A stretch of 58,985 bases of DNA, filler included, from Catajapyx aquilonaris (Eukaryota): the NCBI GenBank assembly GCA_000934665.2. It is 2 parts of 2 records of this genome, joined end to end, with 100 filler letters (N's around TTAATTAATTAA, not from the genome) between each part and the next. Parts side by side here need not be neighbours in the genome. Positions count along the whole stretch, not along the records: positions 1 to 29,473 come from JYFJ02004798.1; positions 29,574 to 58,985 come from JYFJ02004799.1. The stretch is one strand, 5' to 3'. A program made the position numbers and the translations under genes. This document shows, in pieces, positions 27,401 through 38,892 of this stretch; position 1 is the first letter of the stretch, and every line of letters starts with the position of its first letter. Below the pieces are notes generated by a model. That model was not told the origin of the DNA and did no database searches. It saw nothing but the letters and a program-made list of their open reading frames with translations.

Positions 27401-29308
27401 AAGTAAGAATTAGTCGAAGAAAATGACGCAACATCACCTGGACGTGCGAGGAATGCATATGGCGCATGCTGAGCAAGTTCGCCTACGCAGACAACGTTCT
27501 GCCCATTTGAAGTGTTGAACGGGAAGTGCGTGTAATTGGAATCAGTGGCAACTCTATCATTATCAAAACATTTCGCTGCTCTATGGAGAATACAAACGAA
27601 GCTACCTTCAGGTTAGAGTGTGGAACGAAAGTCAGTTTTAAATCGCGTAAATATCTCGAACTAATCATGACGCAATTATTTTCTCTTAGGAAGTCTTAGC
27701 GTGCACTATTATTATGCTATACATGACGTGGAAGTATTCCTTCGGTTTATGAGTTCATGCAGTGTGCAATTCTAAATTCTAATTGCGTGTCATATAACAA
27801 TTGCATGCCAATTATGAAGGCATAATGCACATTCTGTGGTATACGTTATACAAGCTTATTATTAAGCTTTCTTCTCATGGCTGTAAATTAAATATTAAAA
27901 ATAAATCAAAATGCCACACACGTGAAGTCTACTGGGCAAAGAGTAATCACAGCATCAGTAAGAAGTGAACTAACGAGCCGTACATAATAATGCACCTTTC
28001 GTGTTTAAACAAATTGTTGGCAATAACCTTCCTCACACACAATATCTTACAATGGATTTGGCAACAACGATTACCTAATAAAAAATTCGCCAACACTTAG
28101 AATCTGTTGTAGGTTATATTATACATAATGCAGATTACCATTTTATCACCTCTTATTATTTTGGTGCAGTTTTCAATTAACAACTACAGTTTAGAGCTGC
28201 TATTGAACTCTCTTTCCAGAAAATTTGAACATTTAACGACGTAAAAAATGAAATGCTACTGGGACGGAGCAGCAAGTTTAACACTTTTACTAAATTGGCT
28301 CACCGGAGTATCAGAAGGAAATGATAATCAAGTGTTGATCTGAACAGGAACTGCATGACCTCATGCGTAAAGCTGTGACTGCTCTATCAATAGTCTACGC
28401 AGTGTTTACAGTTACATCAGTCTTTTTATCTTCCCTACCTGTACCCAGGAGTTTCCCAAGAAAACGAGCCACAAAGAGTCCTCCATTGCATGTCCTTCCT
28501 CGGCAGTTTTTGCCATCAGGAGGCGACAAATCGGACTACTTCCTCAACTTCTCAAGTCATTACTCGTGAAATGCTACCTTTGTATCCTGCCACCTGGCTC
28601 AGACCTTAGCTGCATAGGTTTAGGTAGCGTGCGTATATTACACCTCCTCCTTGCTTGTTTTATTACAGAGCACAGAAGGCAGGATACTCACTTTCCTACC
28701 TCATGTTACTCTCTTTTACATAATTATATTTGTAACGTGCTGGATCCCCAGAAAGAGGTAGAGTATGCATAACTCATAATTATGAATCCAGCTAAAATGT
28801 AGCACTATGCGTTGGTCCGCTTTCTCCATTGCTTTCGTATCGGAAAATAATAAAATCAGCAAGTGCTCAAGTTGAACTGAAACACATCGGTGAACGCAAT
28901 ACTATGACAGTACATGTACCGTATGTGTTTATAAGAGCTACGAATGCTAATATATACGAGATGGTCCCAGCGAGAAAGGAACATATTTTATAATAAGCAG
29001 AAAGTATTAGCTTACTTGTAGCAATACAAAGTAACTGATACATTTTGCACCCGAGTTCGAAAGAATTATTCCACTTTTCTAACCTACTGTGTATACCTAC
29101 TGCTAACCTACTGCTAAACTTTTGACTACTAAAATGTTCATGGGCCTTAGCAATGACCGCATTAAAAGTCCAAAAATATCTTATGCCAGAAGGCAGAAAC
29201 GTGTGCCACAATTATTATTTTTGACACAAATATTGGCGGATAATCCATTTCTTTCATTGACCACACAATCCAATCAGACAGGATTTGGCGTGACGAGGTT
29301 AGCAGTTA

Positions 29309-29473
29309 GGGCTTATTCTCTATACAGAGGCACACGGAAGGTCCCAACCACCCCCTTATCTGAATGCGGCCCACTCCGGATCACCTACAGTGATAATTGA
29401 CAATTCGAGGATCACATCGCACTCAGTTGTGGATGATCCGGAGTGGGCCGCATTCAGATAAGGGGGTGGTTGG
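29309..29473. mobile_element. Palindromic MITE (Harbinger-like) truncated at the contig end
   Basis: Perfect 40-bp inverted arms CCAACCACCCCCTTATCTGAATGCGGCCCACTCCGGATCA (from about 29344) ending exactly at the gap. Putative left end tta-GGGC at 29309. Confidence 0.5.
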
Positions 29474-29573
29474 NNNNNNNNNNNNNNNNNNNNNNNNNNN
29501 NNNNNNNNNNNNNNNNNTTAATTAATTAANNNNNNNNNNNNNNNNNNNNNNNNNNNNNNNNNNNNNNNNNNNN
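29474..29573. other. Artificial contig/scaffold spacer
   Basis: 44 N + TTAATTAATTAA (stop codons in all six frames) + 44 N, exactly 100 nt. Confidence 0.9.
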
Positions 29574-30198
29574 CTCTTGTAATATAACTATATCAAACTC
29601 CGTCACATATTCCCAGAACGCACTCCTTTTACCATAAATCCCAGCACAGTTCCACGACAACACCCTCACTTCCTTGCCTTCCCCATCTTCGTCTTCGTCT
29701 TCTTCCTCCTCCTCTTCTTCCGCTTCTTCTTCTTTCTCCGCACAGTTCCACGACAGCATTCTCCTACTCTCCCCCTCTACCTCTGCCCCTTCATTTGTCT
29801 CTTCCGTCCCCTGCTCCCCCCTTCCATCGTCCCCTCAGTAGGCTCTTCCTCGGCCCCCTCCCCGTCCTCCTGCTGCAGATCCTCTTCCCCTTCTCCCTCC
29901 TCCAGCCAGCCTCCATTCACCCGTGTCCTGCTCTCCTCTCTTCGTCTCCAGCACCGCCTCCTTCTTCTCTTCGTCCCACCGGTACCACCTTCCGTCTGCC
30001 ATCATCCTGTCAACCTTCACCGTGCAGAGGGTGCCAGCTGCCCGCCACTCCTTGGCCACCCGGAACAGCTCCCTCCGCACGGCCCTAGTTGCGACACTAA
30101 AGTCCTCGTCAACATATATTTGGCTGCCCCTCAGCTTCACTTTTTCCCTCATCATCGCCTCCCTTTCCTTCCCGCTGTCGAACCTGACGACTATTTGA
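29574..30198 (-). mobile_element. Non-LTR retrotransposon (LINE) fragment: ORF1 C-terminus and start of the ORF2 AP endonuclease
   Basis: ORF1-like KLRGSQIYVDEDFSVATRAVRREL (stop at 29835), followed by the APE start VLSWNCAG...FWEYVTEFDIVILQE running into the spacer. Confidence 0.85.
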
Positions 30199-31548
30199 GA
30201 GCTTTCCTCTCATTGCATATAATTTTATAAACGTGCAATTGGTCCAAAGTCATAGGTGGTGACAATCAACAGGAGAAACATTACACTGAGGTAGTGTCTC
30301 TCATGAATTTTGTACCGTCATTTGAGAATATTTTTTAACGAACTCAGGGATAACGTGCCTATGACATTTTACGAGGCATCGTTGAAGGCATTATTTCACG
30401 GTGAGTCGCTTTATGGAGTATTTGGGATATTGTCAAGTACCAACTGATATGTAAAATATGACCTTGTGAAAACAGACCCCCCCCCCCCCNACCATTATTA
30501 ATTGAATGCTGATAATTATGTGATTTTTCATTAGTGAAACGATATACACTATGAAGTTTGCCGAAATAGGCAATAGTGTTAATAATAATATGTCCTTTCA
30601 GGGTCGTTGAAGGAGGTTCTGACTCGGTGTAGGCTGACGATTGGCGCAGGTCAATTTTCCTTAACATTTTTATTGCTTAACGCAAGATATACCGTAATTA
30701 ATATTTTGAGTATCGACGGAGCCGAGTCATCCAGGTCATTTTCTCCCAACTGTATTTAATAGATCAAACATTTGTTAGAATGAACTGCAGAAGCCATCGC
30801 TGTAACTCTCTTGGCGCAGTGTCCGATGCTATGAGGCTTTCCGTGACTTTTCCTGATTGGATTAAATACATTAAGTTCAAGAGGATTGCCTGAGGATTAA
30901 TAATAACCTGATAACTGAAGGTTTTGTTGTCCATTTAGAGTTTCAGACCAGTTTGCCCTCGTGCAATAATTGTGAACCTATCAGCCTGTGTTCGTCAAGG
31001 TGTGATATTGTGACGCCAGGTTCTGGGTGACTCACACCTATGTCACAGGGAGGTACACGGACGGCTTACTGTGTACCGTCCGGACCTGGTCCGGGCTTCC
31101 GCCAACCGCGTACGGTCAGTGAGAGGGAAGCGCTTTTGGTATCGCCCAATACGTACCGGTACGCCTTTTGCTGCGGTACAACTGTCAAGCGGTGCAGATG
31201 CCTGCGGTCTGACCGTCACACCGAGTAGTAAGGTGGTATACGGTACGGGAAGATAGTCCGTACGGTGCAGATGCCTGCGGTACGGATATCCCCCTACCAC
31301 TCGCTGAATAGTCAGTGGTGCAGATGCCTGAGACCGACCGTTCAACCAGTGGTACCGTTAGCCTACCTGTACCGGTATGCCAGTTAATAACGAACACCAT
31401 TTGGATTTCCGAGCGTAGACCAGTTCATCAGTCAACCACCAGCAGCTAGGAGGAGAGACCCTCTCTCCTCGCTGTCTCCAGCCTGACCGACTCACATTGG
31501 CCTAGGCACCTTTATTTAACACCTCTGTTAGTTTACATTTATACCAGG

Positions 31549-32412
31549 TCACCAGCGTAACGGCCCTAGGTAACCGAAATTAACAAGTACATTATATAAT
31601 AACAAAAGATAGTTATAACCATAATAATACACATCACATTGCTCTCTTTCTTGCAAAAAAGAGGTAGTCCTACAGGGCTGCCATTTTTTTATATATATAT
31701 AGGGATGATCATCTGGTGATAACATCAACAAGTCCTCCGAGTTGAGGTCACCAGTGATGACGTCTTCCAAGTTCCAGTCGTCGGTGATGATGTCTTCCGG
31801 CTTCATGTCGTCGGTGATGATGTCTTCCGTCCTCATGTCGGTGGTGATGATGTCTTCCGTCCTCATGTCGGTGGTGATGATGTCTTCCGACCTCATGTCG
31901 GCGGTGATGATGCCTCTCTCGACAATGTTGTTCAGTCCGAGATCTACGTTGGTGAAGTTTGTTTTGAAAAATGTTCTGGGGAACAGTTCCTTCTTCTTTT
32001 TCTCCTGTAGCACGGAAGTGCTACGAGGTTCACTGGACCATAGGTTATTGTTCCACGGCCAATGTCCTACCACCTGGTTGGCCGCCACACCAGCCAACAA
32101 GTCATCCACTGGACCGCATGTTGAGGTCACGTGGTCGTAGATCATTTGGTGAGTGAAATCTCTAGAGATCTTTTTTGAAAGCTCTATTTCTACCTCTATG
32201 GGTGTGATCCAATCTATTACTGGCACCAACGCATCATACCCGCTGGAATGGGGCTCACCTTCTGGTATGGGGGACAGTATTCCCGGAAAAGCCTCTACCA
32301 ATTCGTTGTGTAATTTTTTCCAGTTTGAGTTGGTTATTTGCGTGGGAGACAACGGAAGGTAGTACGGTGACTGCGAACCTTCATCTGCGACGGCGGGAAC
32401 GTCTTCTATCAA
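31549..32412 (-). CDS. 287-codon open frame inside the LTR-like element; coding status uncertain
   Basis: Uninterrupted acidic frame containing a 10-aa repeat (EDIITTDMRT) about 5-6 times. The track start is non-ATG; the first in-frame Met is at MIYDH. Confidence 0.3.
   Translation of the reverse strand: MIEDVPAVADEGSQSPYYLPLSPTQITNSNWKKLHNELVEAFPGILSPIPEGEPHSSGYDALVPVIDWITPIEVEIELSKKISRDFTHQMIYDHVTSTCGPVDDLLAGVAANQVVGHWPWNNNLWSSEPRSTSVLQEKKKKELFPRTFFKTNFTNVDLGLNNIVERGIITADMRSEDIITTDMRTEDIITTDMRTEDIITDDMKPEDIITDDWNLEDVITGDLNSEDLLMLSPDDHPYIYIKKWQPCRTTSFLQEREQCDVYYYGYNYLLLLYNVLVNFGYLGPLRW
31750..31915. repeat. 30-bp tandem repeat
   Basis: CATGTCGGTGGTGATGATGTCTTCCGTCCT-like unit, about 5.5 copies. 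Confidence 0.9.
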
Positions 32413-32932
32413 CGGTTGAGGTTGAGGTGGTACTACACATCACAATATGATTACTCCAATTAACTTCTTGCATCCAGATTGCTACGTTGCTACTTCGGGT
32501 CCTTCCTGCCCACCATCGTCAGTTTTTCGCCAATTTTGTCAATTGATGCATCCTAATTGCTGTAGGCATGAGTACATATCTTTTATTAATGTACCCTCTG
32601 CGTAATGATTCAACATTGTTATTGTGAAGCAGCTGAACAATGTCAGAGATCATGTTTGATATCAAATATCATACTTATTCATGCAAGTGACATCTATGAA
32701 TTATTGGTACTGTACTCATTAGCTGCGCGAATGGGTAGGGACACCAAAACTACCGGCAACAAGCGACAAAAAATATGCCCGAAAACCATGTTGCAGCCTC
32801 AACAAAAGTCTAAAACTAACCCTACGAAGTCACAACCAACTAAAAAATTCAACCGTCCAGTGGTGTAAACGCAACAACCCTGATCAGCACAACAATGTCC
32901 AACAACCAGCACCAGTCTGTCTACACTTGTGA

Positions 32933-35477
32933 CAGGGAGCATATACTACATACCCAGGTAGCACCAATTCATCTAGTAGACATCTATGAGATGTGATATA
33001 TCTAGGAGACCTATATCTGTAGATATCTACAGGATCTCTGAATATATCTAATAGATGTCTAGGAGAGTAGCGAATGTCACCCCTGTAGAGGTCTATGTGA
33101 TGTATGGGGGAGATGTCTAGTATATTTCGATGATATCTAGTACATATCAGTTTCTGATGTCTAGTAGACATCTGCCGTTCATGTCTAGTAGACATCTGCC
33201 GTTCATGTCTAATAGATATTATTTTGTAATGTCTCATAGATGTAGTAATGGGGGGCGTTCACACTCAGATATCTGGTATCTGAGTGTGGGGGCACCCCAT
33301 TACGAGAACTATTAGAATAGAATGTCAGGTGCTTGAGCATCATATTTAAAGTGATGATCAAGCACCTGACATTCCATTCACTTGAAGGGCGAGAGAGGAG
33401 TTACACCTGGATCGAAATTATATATACACATACACAATACATATAATGCACAGACATATGAGACATACATGATTTAATTTTCCAGTATAATGATACAGCA
33501 GTTTTTTTTCACAACAACAGGGGACTAGCATTATAATTTGCCTCAGTACATACATTCATCGTTGCTAACAGAACAAAGTAATTTGTCAGATTTAAAAATG
33601 CCGTCATAGTGTTATCACATACACCGATACTGTATATTTTGTAACTTGCATAAAAATCTGGTGCACATTATGTAATTCTCCTTTCAATTTTAAACAGTGT
33701 ATGAATATACATCACAAAAAAAATACATAACATTACTGCTGGTTACTTATGCTCTGTATTCACAAATTAGCCATACTAATATATATCAGTGCCCATAGGT
33801 GCTTCAATCCATCCATAGAGGTAATAACCTATAATTATGTCATTTTAGGATATCCCCAAATTCGTTCTGATTTCCACATGAAGCTCAAATTTAGGTGACA
33901 GTAGAAAAGTTGACTGAAAATTTGTGATACTTGCTGATGGAGACAATGAGATGATCTGAGTTGAGTAAATTGTTGGAAAAAGACAATGGTCATCAGTATG
34001 TGCTCCACATAAAACACTGTTGATTTCCCTTTGCTTTGCATTTCGCAACCATTCCTTCAATTCGTCACTCATCCAGCTTTCTCTGTTGCATGCCTTGTTC
34101 GATGACTGGCCCTGACGGTATTTGAGAAATATGAAATTAATTGAACAGTATTATTAATTTTAGAAGATTGTAATATTGTGTGTATATACATGGGATATGT
34201 CTTCAGTTTAAAGGCAAATAGTATACACATGTTGTGATGTGCTCCATCACTAGGAATTTATTTTACGTAACTGGCAGCAAAATTGAACTGCACACTATTG
34301 TTCTGTCACAACAGGCCGATATTTATTATAATTATGTCCCACAAAATGTAAAACTAATATAATTTAATATGTGCTGAATAGATCACCATGGCACTGAGCT
34401 TACGTCATACGTGATTTAAGTTTATGAAGAGAAAATGTACTTCCAGCTAAATGATGTACGTATGCTGAGGTGGAATCAAATAACAGCCATTATAACTCAC
34501 CAAAAATTACTTGAATCATCACCTGCAGTTCTGCCTGGTGATCTGTCATTGTCTGTAGCAATATCACTTTGGTCTTCTGCTTTTTGTCGTGCAGTAATGC
34601 GACAGCCTGCAAATTATATGAAATTCAGTTATTAGGAACAGCAGCACATAGATCGAACATCCAAGATTAACATGTCCTCTTATGGACAGCCATATATGCT
34701 ATGCAATTTCCTACTTGAAAACAACAACATAAAATATATCTACTGACACTCACCAGTGGAATGCAAAGCTCTTCCTTGGAAGAGTTCCCAAGTGGACACA
34801 TCAGGGTCTCTTCGTTGGCCATCATTTTTGTCGCATTCTCATGCGGTGGTGGCCACCAGCAGGTCAACTGTATTTGCCGGCACTACTCCCTGGGCACTCC
34901 ACGGTGGCACGTTGCGTCGGGGGATGAGCACGAGGAGGCAGTCAGACACAGTCACACAACTCGTTGAAGTACCGGCCGCCATATTTTTTCGCATGAATTT
35001 TTTCATCGCATTAAATTTATACCATGAAAAAATGTTATCCCATAGTATTTTTACAATTTACCGATAAATTTTCTTGTTCTAATATTTTCCCTTTTATTCC
35101 CTCCCCATACCCGAGGGCCGCCCCGGTTATTCAGAGCCGTCAAACGGTCAGAACTGTCGACTCTACATTTTAAGTTGTGCTGGTGGCCAGCAGCTCAGAG
35201 GATGCAGTAGTGGGGCGCGTACGTGCGTCGGCATGCGCACGTCTACATTTATATATCTGTGCGATATCTAATGGACATCGACACATTTTCAAAATGGCGC
35301 CCGATCCAACCTCGGATATTGCAGATATTCCGATGTCTACAGGATATCCTGTAGATATACCTATATCCAAGGATTTTTCCTAGACATGTAGATGTCTATT
35401 AGATGTCACTTAGACGATCTGTGCTACCTGGGTAGTATATGTATATGTAGTATAGTATATGTAGTATATGCTCCCTG
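32933..35477. mobile_element. Remnant or footprint of a 7-bp-TSD (P-superfamily-like) element, split by an EnSpm insertion
   Basis: 20-bp TIRs CAGGGAGCATATACTACATA / TATGTAGTATATGCTCCCTG. Perfect TSD CTTGTGA at 32926-32932 and 35478-35484. Same TIR as the MITEs at 37532 and 39421. Confidence 0.85.
32953..35432 (-). mobile_element. Non-autonomous EnSpm/CMC DNA transposon (2480 bp) with decayed accessory-gene exons
   Basis: TIRs CCCAGGTAGCAC / GTGCTACCTGGG, TA on both sides, dense subterminal GATGTCTA/TAGACATC repeats. Minus-strand exon remnants VVPAN, CWWPP, PDVSTWELF, ARQKAEDQSD and LKEWLRNAKQR resemble DUF4806-type accessory proteins. Confidence 0.75.
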
Positions 35478-35529
35478 CTTGTGAGGTTGCAACAGTGCTG
35501 GCTTGGAGCGGGAATCAGGCAATTGAAAT

Positions 35530-36272
35530 TCAGAAATAATGCTATATTTAGAGTACTGACACTGAAGTATTTCTTTTGGGTGGCCTCCTCTACAACTAGT
35601 TTGATCACTGTTGGAACAATTCCCTCGAATAGGTCATGAAGAAGGTCTGGGGGCAACATATTAGTTGCATGATTGTATATAGAAGTGAATTGAGAGGAGA
35701 CTTTCTCTTCACGGATGCCATCGTGTCATCCTCTTCTACATACTGCACATGTTGATCATGTGATTCAGCAGTTCTCAACTGAAACTGCTCATTGTAGAAT
35801 GCTGTTTTGGCATCATCAAAAGTGTAGCCATGCAAAATCTACATATTCTTGAGTGAGTTGAAACTTTCAACAAAACCACCTATTGTGTGGGCACCTAAAT
35901 TGTCTGCTAGGAGTGCAACAACAGTCCCCTTGAATGGGTGTACTCATCCCCTTCAAAACTGGAAGATATTCCAATACATTCAAATTCATGCAAGTCTTTC
36001 ATCAGTGGAGACAGTACCTTTTCCAAAGCAAGAGTTCGATTTGCCATTGTGCTGCTAGATGCCCCACTCAGCATCTCAGTGAATGGATCGTTCATGCTAA
36101 ACACCTTTTGAATGTTCTCCTTTACCTTGTCTGGCACATCCTCTGGTAGAGGCAGGAGATCTCTTACCACCCCCTCAATAAAGTAGACCACAATAAGACC
36201 CCTGCGACTACACTCTGGGACAGTCCGAAGACCACTCTTAACAGTAGGACTATCTCTCTCAGGAGATTTCAT
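35530..36272 (-). pseudogene. EnSpm/CMC-type transposase pseudogene fragment
   Basis: Frameshifted peptides VLSPLMKDLHEFE, FKGTVVALLADNLGAHTIGGFVESF, CRFC, LRTAESHD and LPPDLLHDLFEGIV match motifs of animal EnSpm-like transposases. Confidence 0.8.
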
Positions 36273-36609
36273 CTTGTATGTATTTTGTTTGGTACATTAT
36301 CTCATCCTGGTGCATTTCTATTTCTGAATTCTGTTGTCGCAGAATTACACCTTTCCTCTCACGGTGGTCTTCGTGCAGTAATGTTTCATCTACAGATGTT
36401 TCATGGAGCTGTATTTTGGTGCTGCTGGCAACAGTGGTCCGCCAACAATGCTCTTGTGGTCACTACAGTTACAGAAAAACAAGTCTACTTACCATTATAC
36501 AGGGAACGTTGTGAGACGGCACTCCAATTAATGTTATTCTAATTCTTTCCTACGCCTCACAAAGCAACTCTTTTCGAGTGTGTTGAATCAGACAGCGTCA
36601 GGAAGAAGA

Positions 36610-38753
36610 ATGGACGACGGGGACTCTCAGTCAATCGACTCTGGCAGCTATCATTCGTCGATCAACGATGGAGGACTCACGATCGATCAGATACAAGAAG
36701 ATATGTACAGGGACTTCATCTTCACCTTCCCGTCAGTTCATTTCAGAGAGTGATTGTTGTGGAATTGATTAAGATGAAATTAATTCGTGGGCAGGTGCGA
36801 CAAGACAGTCCACATGCAGGATCGGATGACGAAGCTGATGGAGGATGACACTGTCCACTTCAACGAAAAGAACTACCTGACCAGGTTGAAGCAACGCATG
36901 CGGGACGACTACGTTGAAACCCGGAAGGGTGAAGTAATCGTCAGGCGGGTGAGTGTGACATTGCCACATGTAACAGTGCGGTTAAAAGCACCAGTCATGA
37001 TTGGGTTGCAGGCGGTAGAGGAGAATCGAGAGCAGTTCATGATGATCCGCCGGGAAGTTACGGTGACCCCAGAGCATGAACCGTACGTCTTGAATCATCC
37101 GGTGTACCAGGCCAGGCTTCTCGTCGAACGGATGTTGGCAGAGCAGAAGGTGAACACTGCTATTTTATATGAGTGCGCAACAGCGTTCGCGCAGCAAGCA
37201 CGGTTGGAATTATCAATGTCCTTCCTTCCTTCCTTCTCCTACTTACTGTATTATATGTATCGTATTTTAAGTATAGTTGGTATTACCCAACCCTTTCACT
37301 TCATAATCCCACCATATTGGTATAACTGATGTTATCCGCGTATTTCCAACGCTACACAGCGGGAGGGAACAAAAATGCCTGACATTTGCGACGTTGCCAA
37401 GGTTCTGGAACGAACCTGAGAGGCTACGTACAACTACGAGTGTGATTATATTTTGGCAACGTTGGCTCGTAAAAAAATCCACTGAGTGTGCATCACCACC
37501 GTTCATGCAACGTGCCAAGTACCAACTGTACCAAGGAGCATATACTACATAAGAAGCGCAAACATTCGATTTTTGCGTCTCTCTGTTTGGGGCGTTGCCA
37601 AGGCTGGCGGCCATTTTGAAGTGTGTGGAATGCCAACGAGGTATAAATAGGGTACAGGCAAAAATAGGGTCTGCCATCTTTGATGTTCTTGCCTTTCTTG
37701 CCATGTAGTTTCCATGGCCGCCACAATCCTCAAAGATGGCGGACCCTATTTTTGCCTGTACCCTATTTATACCTCGTTGGCGTTCCACACACTTCAAAAT
37801 GGCCGCCAGCCTTGCTGGCAACGCCCCAAACAGAGAGACGCGAACATCAAAGGCGCCGACAGAAGTTTGCGCCTCTTATGTAGTATATGCTCCCTGACTG
37901 TACTCTCCCCATTACCCATATAAGGGGTGTACGGGTAAATCAACAATGCACGTATTTCCAACGCTACGCTTGGGGGGGGGGGGTTACATTTGCGACGTTG
38001 CCAAGGTTGCGAATTATTTGGCAGGGCTGGGGAGTGACACTGGCAACGTTGTCACAACGTGGAGCTGCGCGAGTGTGGGTGCGCACCACTCGGTTGAGCA
38101 CGTTATTACTTGATATTTGATGTTCGCATGTGTGTCTATATTGTCAGGCCCTCCCTCCCTCGATCCCTGGTGAGTTCATGGTGAGCGCCCAGATGAAAAA
38201 GATCCATAAGCCGAAGACCATGGCCCAAGCGAGGAAGCAGTTTCAGAAGCACTTGGCCATTGAGCAGGAGCAGGAGAGGATAGACAAGGAGAAGATGCAG
38301 GAGGACGCCAAGCGGCTGGACGCGGAGAGGAGGAGGGTCAAGGCCAGGCTGGAGTGCGAGTTCAAGAGGTCCACAGGGTGGCAGGCGCCGATAGTCACCC
38401 TTGCGCAGACGGTCTCACAGGTATGCCATGGACAAACAACAATCAAACCAAGTAGGATACATATTGTAAGGAATTCTAATTTCCAGTTGGAGCATATGTA
38501 TTTCCTGGCTGAGGAGAGTATAGCTTTGTCAGAGGTGAATAAAAAGGGCATGAGGAGGAAGACGAAGCCTGATGCTGAGGACATGAAGAAAAGAGATGAG
38601 GGCATGGAGGAAGGAGATGAAGGCATGGAGGAAAGAGATGAGGGCAATGTCGTCACACCGGAGCCGGAACCAAACGAGGCGACGATCCCAGCGGAAGTGG
38701 CTGACTTTCCATCAGCACCGTTGGATGATAGTCCGTCGCCACCTGAGGAGTGA
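36610..38753 (+). CDS. Unrecognised 5-exon gene, 317 aa, with a charged coiled-coil-like middle and an acidic C-terminus
   Basis: Exons 36610-36731, 36795-36948, 37012-37149, 38148-38420, 38487-38753. All introns GT-AG with matching phases; 954 nt from ATG to TGA without internal stop. AATAAA near 38848. Confidence 0.7.
37335..38065. repeat. Two related ~120-bp units with internal inverted motifs, flanking the MITE in intron 3
   Basis: CGTATTTCCAACGCTAC...ACATTTGCGACGTTGCCAAGGTT...TGGCAACGTTG at about 37339-37465 and 37951-38055. Confidence 0.7.
37532..37896. mobile_element. Foldback MITE, 7-bp TSD (P-superfamily-like)
   Basis: Near-complete palindrome CAAGGAGCATATACTACATAAG ... CTTATGTAGTATATGCTCCCTG. 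TSD ACTGTAC at 37525 and 37897. Confidence 0.9.
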
Positions 38754-38892
38754 GCTGCAAAGAGGCGGACCCACCAGGAGTTATGGGACACACAACTTAG
38801 CTGCAACAAAGGCTGAACGCACTATACGACACAGCTTATTGAAGCACAATAAACCGTACTGGGCGTAACGCCAGCCAACATGTGTCTTTTGC

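Larger units (their letters stand above)
31009..32444 (-). mobile_element. Solo-LTR-like element (1436 bp), Gypsy-like termini
   Basis: TGTGA...TCACA ends with a 4-bp TSD ATAT at 31005-31008 and 32445-32448. Minus-strand TTAAATAAA near 31512-31520. No gag/pol. Orientation is inferred. Confidence 0.7.

Noticed and set aside
30700..32560. Possible decayed integrase-like ORF interrupted by the LTR
   Set aside because: Only a faint motif resemblance across stops and frameshifts; not supportable without a profile search.
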